DNA of 37,619 nt from Spirochaetaceae bacterium (GTDB lineage: Bacteria > Spirochaetota > Spirochaetia > DSM-27196 > SLST01). The first letter of the stretch is position 1; the number at the start of each line of letters is the position of its first letter. The DNA is taken from positions 1 through 37,619 of the forward strand of contig RECL01000266.1 of NCBI GenBank assembly GCA_007694025.1, read 5' to 3'. The notes beneath the pieces are model-generated. The model did not search any database. It worked only from the letters and a program-made list of their open reading frames with translations, and was not told the DNA's origin. A program made the translations under genes and the position numbers. Positions 35,816 through 37,619 of the stretch are shown piece after piece.

Positions 35816-37619
35816 CCTTCGCGTACCCTCTCGGGCTGTGGCTGTTGCTCGTACTACCGCTGATCGTCGTTGTCTACCTGCTGCGACAGGAGCGACGGCG
35901 AGTGGAGGTATCATCGCTCTATCTATGGACAGACCTGCTCGCGACGCGCAGCCGTCGCCCCCGACTCGCATCGCTACGAAACCTGAGTCTATTACTGACG
36001 CTGATCGCGGCGGCTCTGATCGCGGCGGCGTCCGCCGGGATCGCGGTCGAGCTATCGGGCGCGAGGGGCTCCGAACACCTTGTCGTCGTGATCGACACGA
36101 GCACGAGCATGTCGGCGGTGGTCAACGGCGTGTCGCAGATCGAACGCGCGCGTAACCGCGCGCGCGAGCGTATCGGCCGAGCGCGGCCGGAGTCGATCAC
36201 GCTTGTCACGATCGGAGCGAACCCGGCGGTAGTTCGGTCGAAAGGAGCCGCCATCGGCGAGATCGCTACCGCAGTCGGTGCGATCAGCGCGGATGGCGGG
36301 GTCCTTGATCCCGACATCTCGATGCAGGTCATCGAACAGCTCGTGGCCGACGATGCGTCGGTAGTCGTGTTCACCGACCTGGCCGGCTACCGGGCACTGA
36401 CGGCGCGTCGGCCGACGGTCCCGCTTGATATCGAGATCGTCGGCCCGATCGCGTCGAACGCGGCGATCACCGCGTTCACGCTTCGACCGTCGCCAGACGG
36501 AACGCCTGACACGTACGCGTCACACGCGTACGCGTCACACGCGTACGCGTACGTGGAGGTGTCGAACTTCGGGGAGGAGCGGCTCGCGACGGCACTCGAG
36601 CTTCACGCCGACACCAACCGCATCGCCACGTTCCCTATCGCGCTCGATCCGGGAGAACGACGGCGTGTCGTGACGACGGTACCCGCGCAGGCGGGTGTAT
36701 ACCACGCAAAGTTCGTCGGCCACACCGACGCGCTCGCCGCCGACGACGCGGCGTGGATCGTCCCGGTGCGAACGTCGGCGGTCGTGCAGCTTGTGACACC
36801 GGGGAACCTCTTCCTGGAGACCTTTCTGTCGATCTACCCCGGACTGACCGTGGTCACCAGAGAGCAGTACGACCAATCGGTCCGGTACGACATCCTTGTG
36901 ATCGACCGGGTCCCTGCGCCCGTCGGAGTGCGAGGCCGCGCGATCGCGATCGCAACGGCGTTCCCCGACGGCCCGTTCATCCCGGATTCAAGAATCGAGC
37001 TGTCGCAGCCGCTCGCGATGTCGGACGACCACCCGCTCGGCAGGGGAATCGTCTCCGGACGCACGACTGTTCGCCACGCACTGTCTGGTCGGCTTGACCC
37101 GCGCGCGACGGTCGTGGCGCGCTCGGGTTCGGTGCCGCTTATCTACGAGTATCGGAGCGGGAACCGTGCGATAGTCGGGCTGACGTTCGCGCTCGACGAC
37201 ACCGATATCGGAGTCCAGACCGCATTCCCGGTGCTGATGAGCAACGCGATTTCGCGACTCATCCCGACGTCGACGACCGACACGGTCCGGCTGTATCGCA
37301 CCGGCGACACGGTAGAGATTCCGGTGCGCCCGGGCGAAGAAGTGGTTGTGATCGCACCGGACGGGACGCCGACCCGGATCAGGCCGCGGACGAACGTCGC
37401 TTCGTTCGACCGTACAGGACAGGTCGGCGTATACCAGGTCCGCGGTGAGTCGTTCACGAGTCGATTCGCCGTGTCGGTCGTATCGGCGTCTGAGTCTGAT
37501 ATCGCCGGCCTTGAGATGGTTCACACCGGGAGCGTGCCGCAAGGGTCGCTCTCCGGCAGGCTCCCGGCCGCCGGGGATCCAACAGAGCGCTACCCGATCT
37601 GGCACCTGGTAGCGGTGCT
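35812..37619 (+). CDS. BatA N-terminal plus vWA domain protein, 3' end outside window
   Basis: Not in the ORF track (no stop in window). ATG overlaps the DUF58 TGA: MTFAYPLGLWLLLVLPLIVVVYLLRQERRRVEVSSLYLW; MIDAS VIDTSTSM, VFTD; ends ..ERYPIWHLVAV. Confidence 0.88.
   Translation, partial: MTFAYPLGLWLLLVLPLIVVVYLLRQERRRVEVSSLYLWTDLLATRSRRPRLASLRNLSLLLTLIAAALIAAASAGIAVELSGARGSEHLVVVIDTSTSMSAVVNGVSQIERARNRARERIGRARPESITLVTIGANPAVVRSKGAAIGEIATAVGAISADGGVLDPDISMQVIEQLVADDASVVVFTDLAGYRALTARRPTVPLDIEIVGPIASNAAITAFTLRPSPDGTPDTYASHAYASHAYAYVEVSNFGEERLATALELHADTNRIATFPIALDPGERRRVVTTVPAQAGVYHAKFVGHTDALAADDAAWIVPVRTSAVVQLVTPGNLFLETFLSIYPGLTVVTREQYDQSVRYDILVIDRVPAPVGVRGRAIAIATAFPDGPFIPDSRIELSQPLAMSDDHPLGRGIVSGRTTVRHALSGRLDPRATVVARSGSVPLIYEYRSGNRAIVGLTFALDDTDIGVQTAFPVLMSNAISRLIPTSTTDTVRLYRTGDTVEIPVRPGEEVVVIAPDGTPTRIRPRTNVASFDRTGQVGVYQVRGESFTSRFAVSVVSASESDIAGLEMVHTGSVPQGSLSGRLPAAGDPTERYPIWHLVAV
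36512..36550 (+). repeat. 15-bp in-frame tandem repeat, 2.6 copies
   Basis: CGTACGCGTCACACG x2 then CGTACGCGT; encodes YASHA YASHA YA. Confidence 0.92.

Overview
High-GC bacterial chromosome segment, most likely a spirochaete (inferred from the ParE type, the ctsR-less mcsA-mcsB-clpC cluster, prfB-ftsY-lolCDE linkage and the GH57-rnf-PAP2-rluA neighbourhood). It is mostly housekeeping DNA; I saw no mobile element, CRISPR array, tRNA or rRNA. Contents: partial parE; a lipoprotein; clpC-mcsB-mcsA; serS; lolCDE; ftsY; a PEGA protein; a CheY-like regulator; prfB with a +1 programmed frameshift; a GH57 gene; an rnf-like operon; a RluA-family gene; a P-loop/Asp23 protein; a TPR protein; pcnB; and a MoxR-DUF58-BatA/vWA operon running off the right end. 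The most notable item is a remodelled Rnf operon. RnfG is reduced to an unannotated 50-aa membrane peptide, RnfA and RnfE each carry Ser at the second [2Fe-2S] Cys, rnfB is absent, and two extra membrane genes are coupled upstream of rnfC. Also notable: McsB with degenerate kinase motifs, many apparently leaderless genes, a palindromic -35 shared by divergent promoters, and recurrent 15/18-bp tandem duplications. Family assignments and consensus motifs are from memory; no searches were run.
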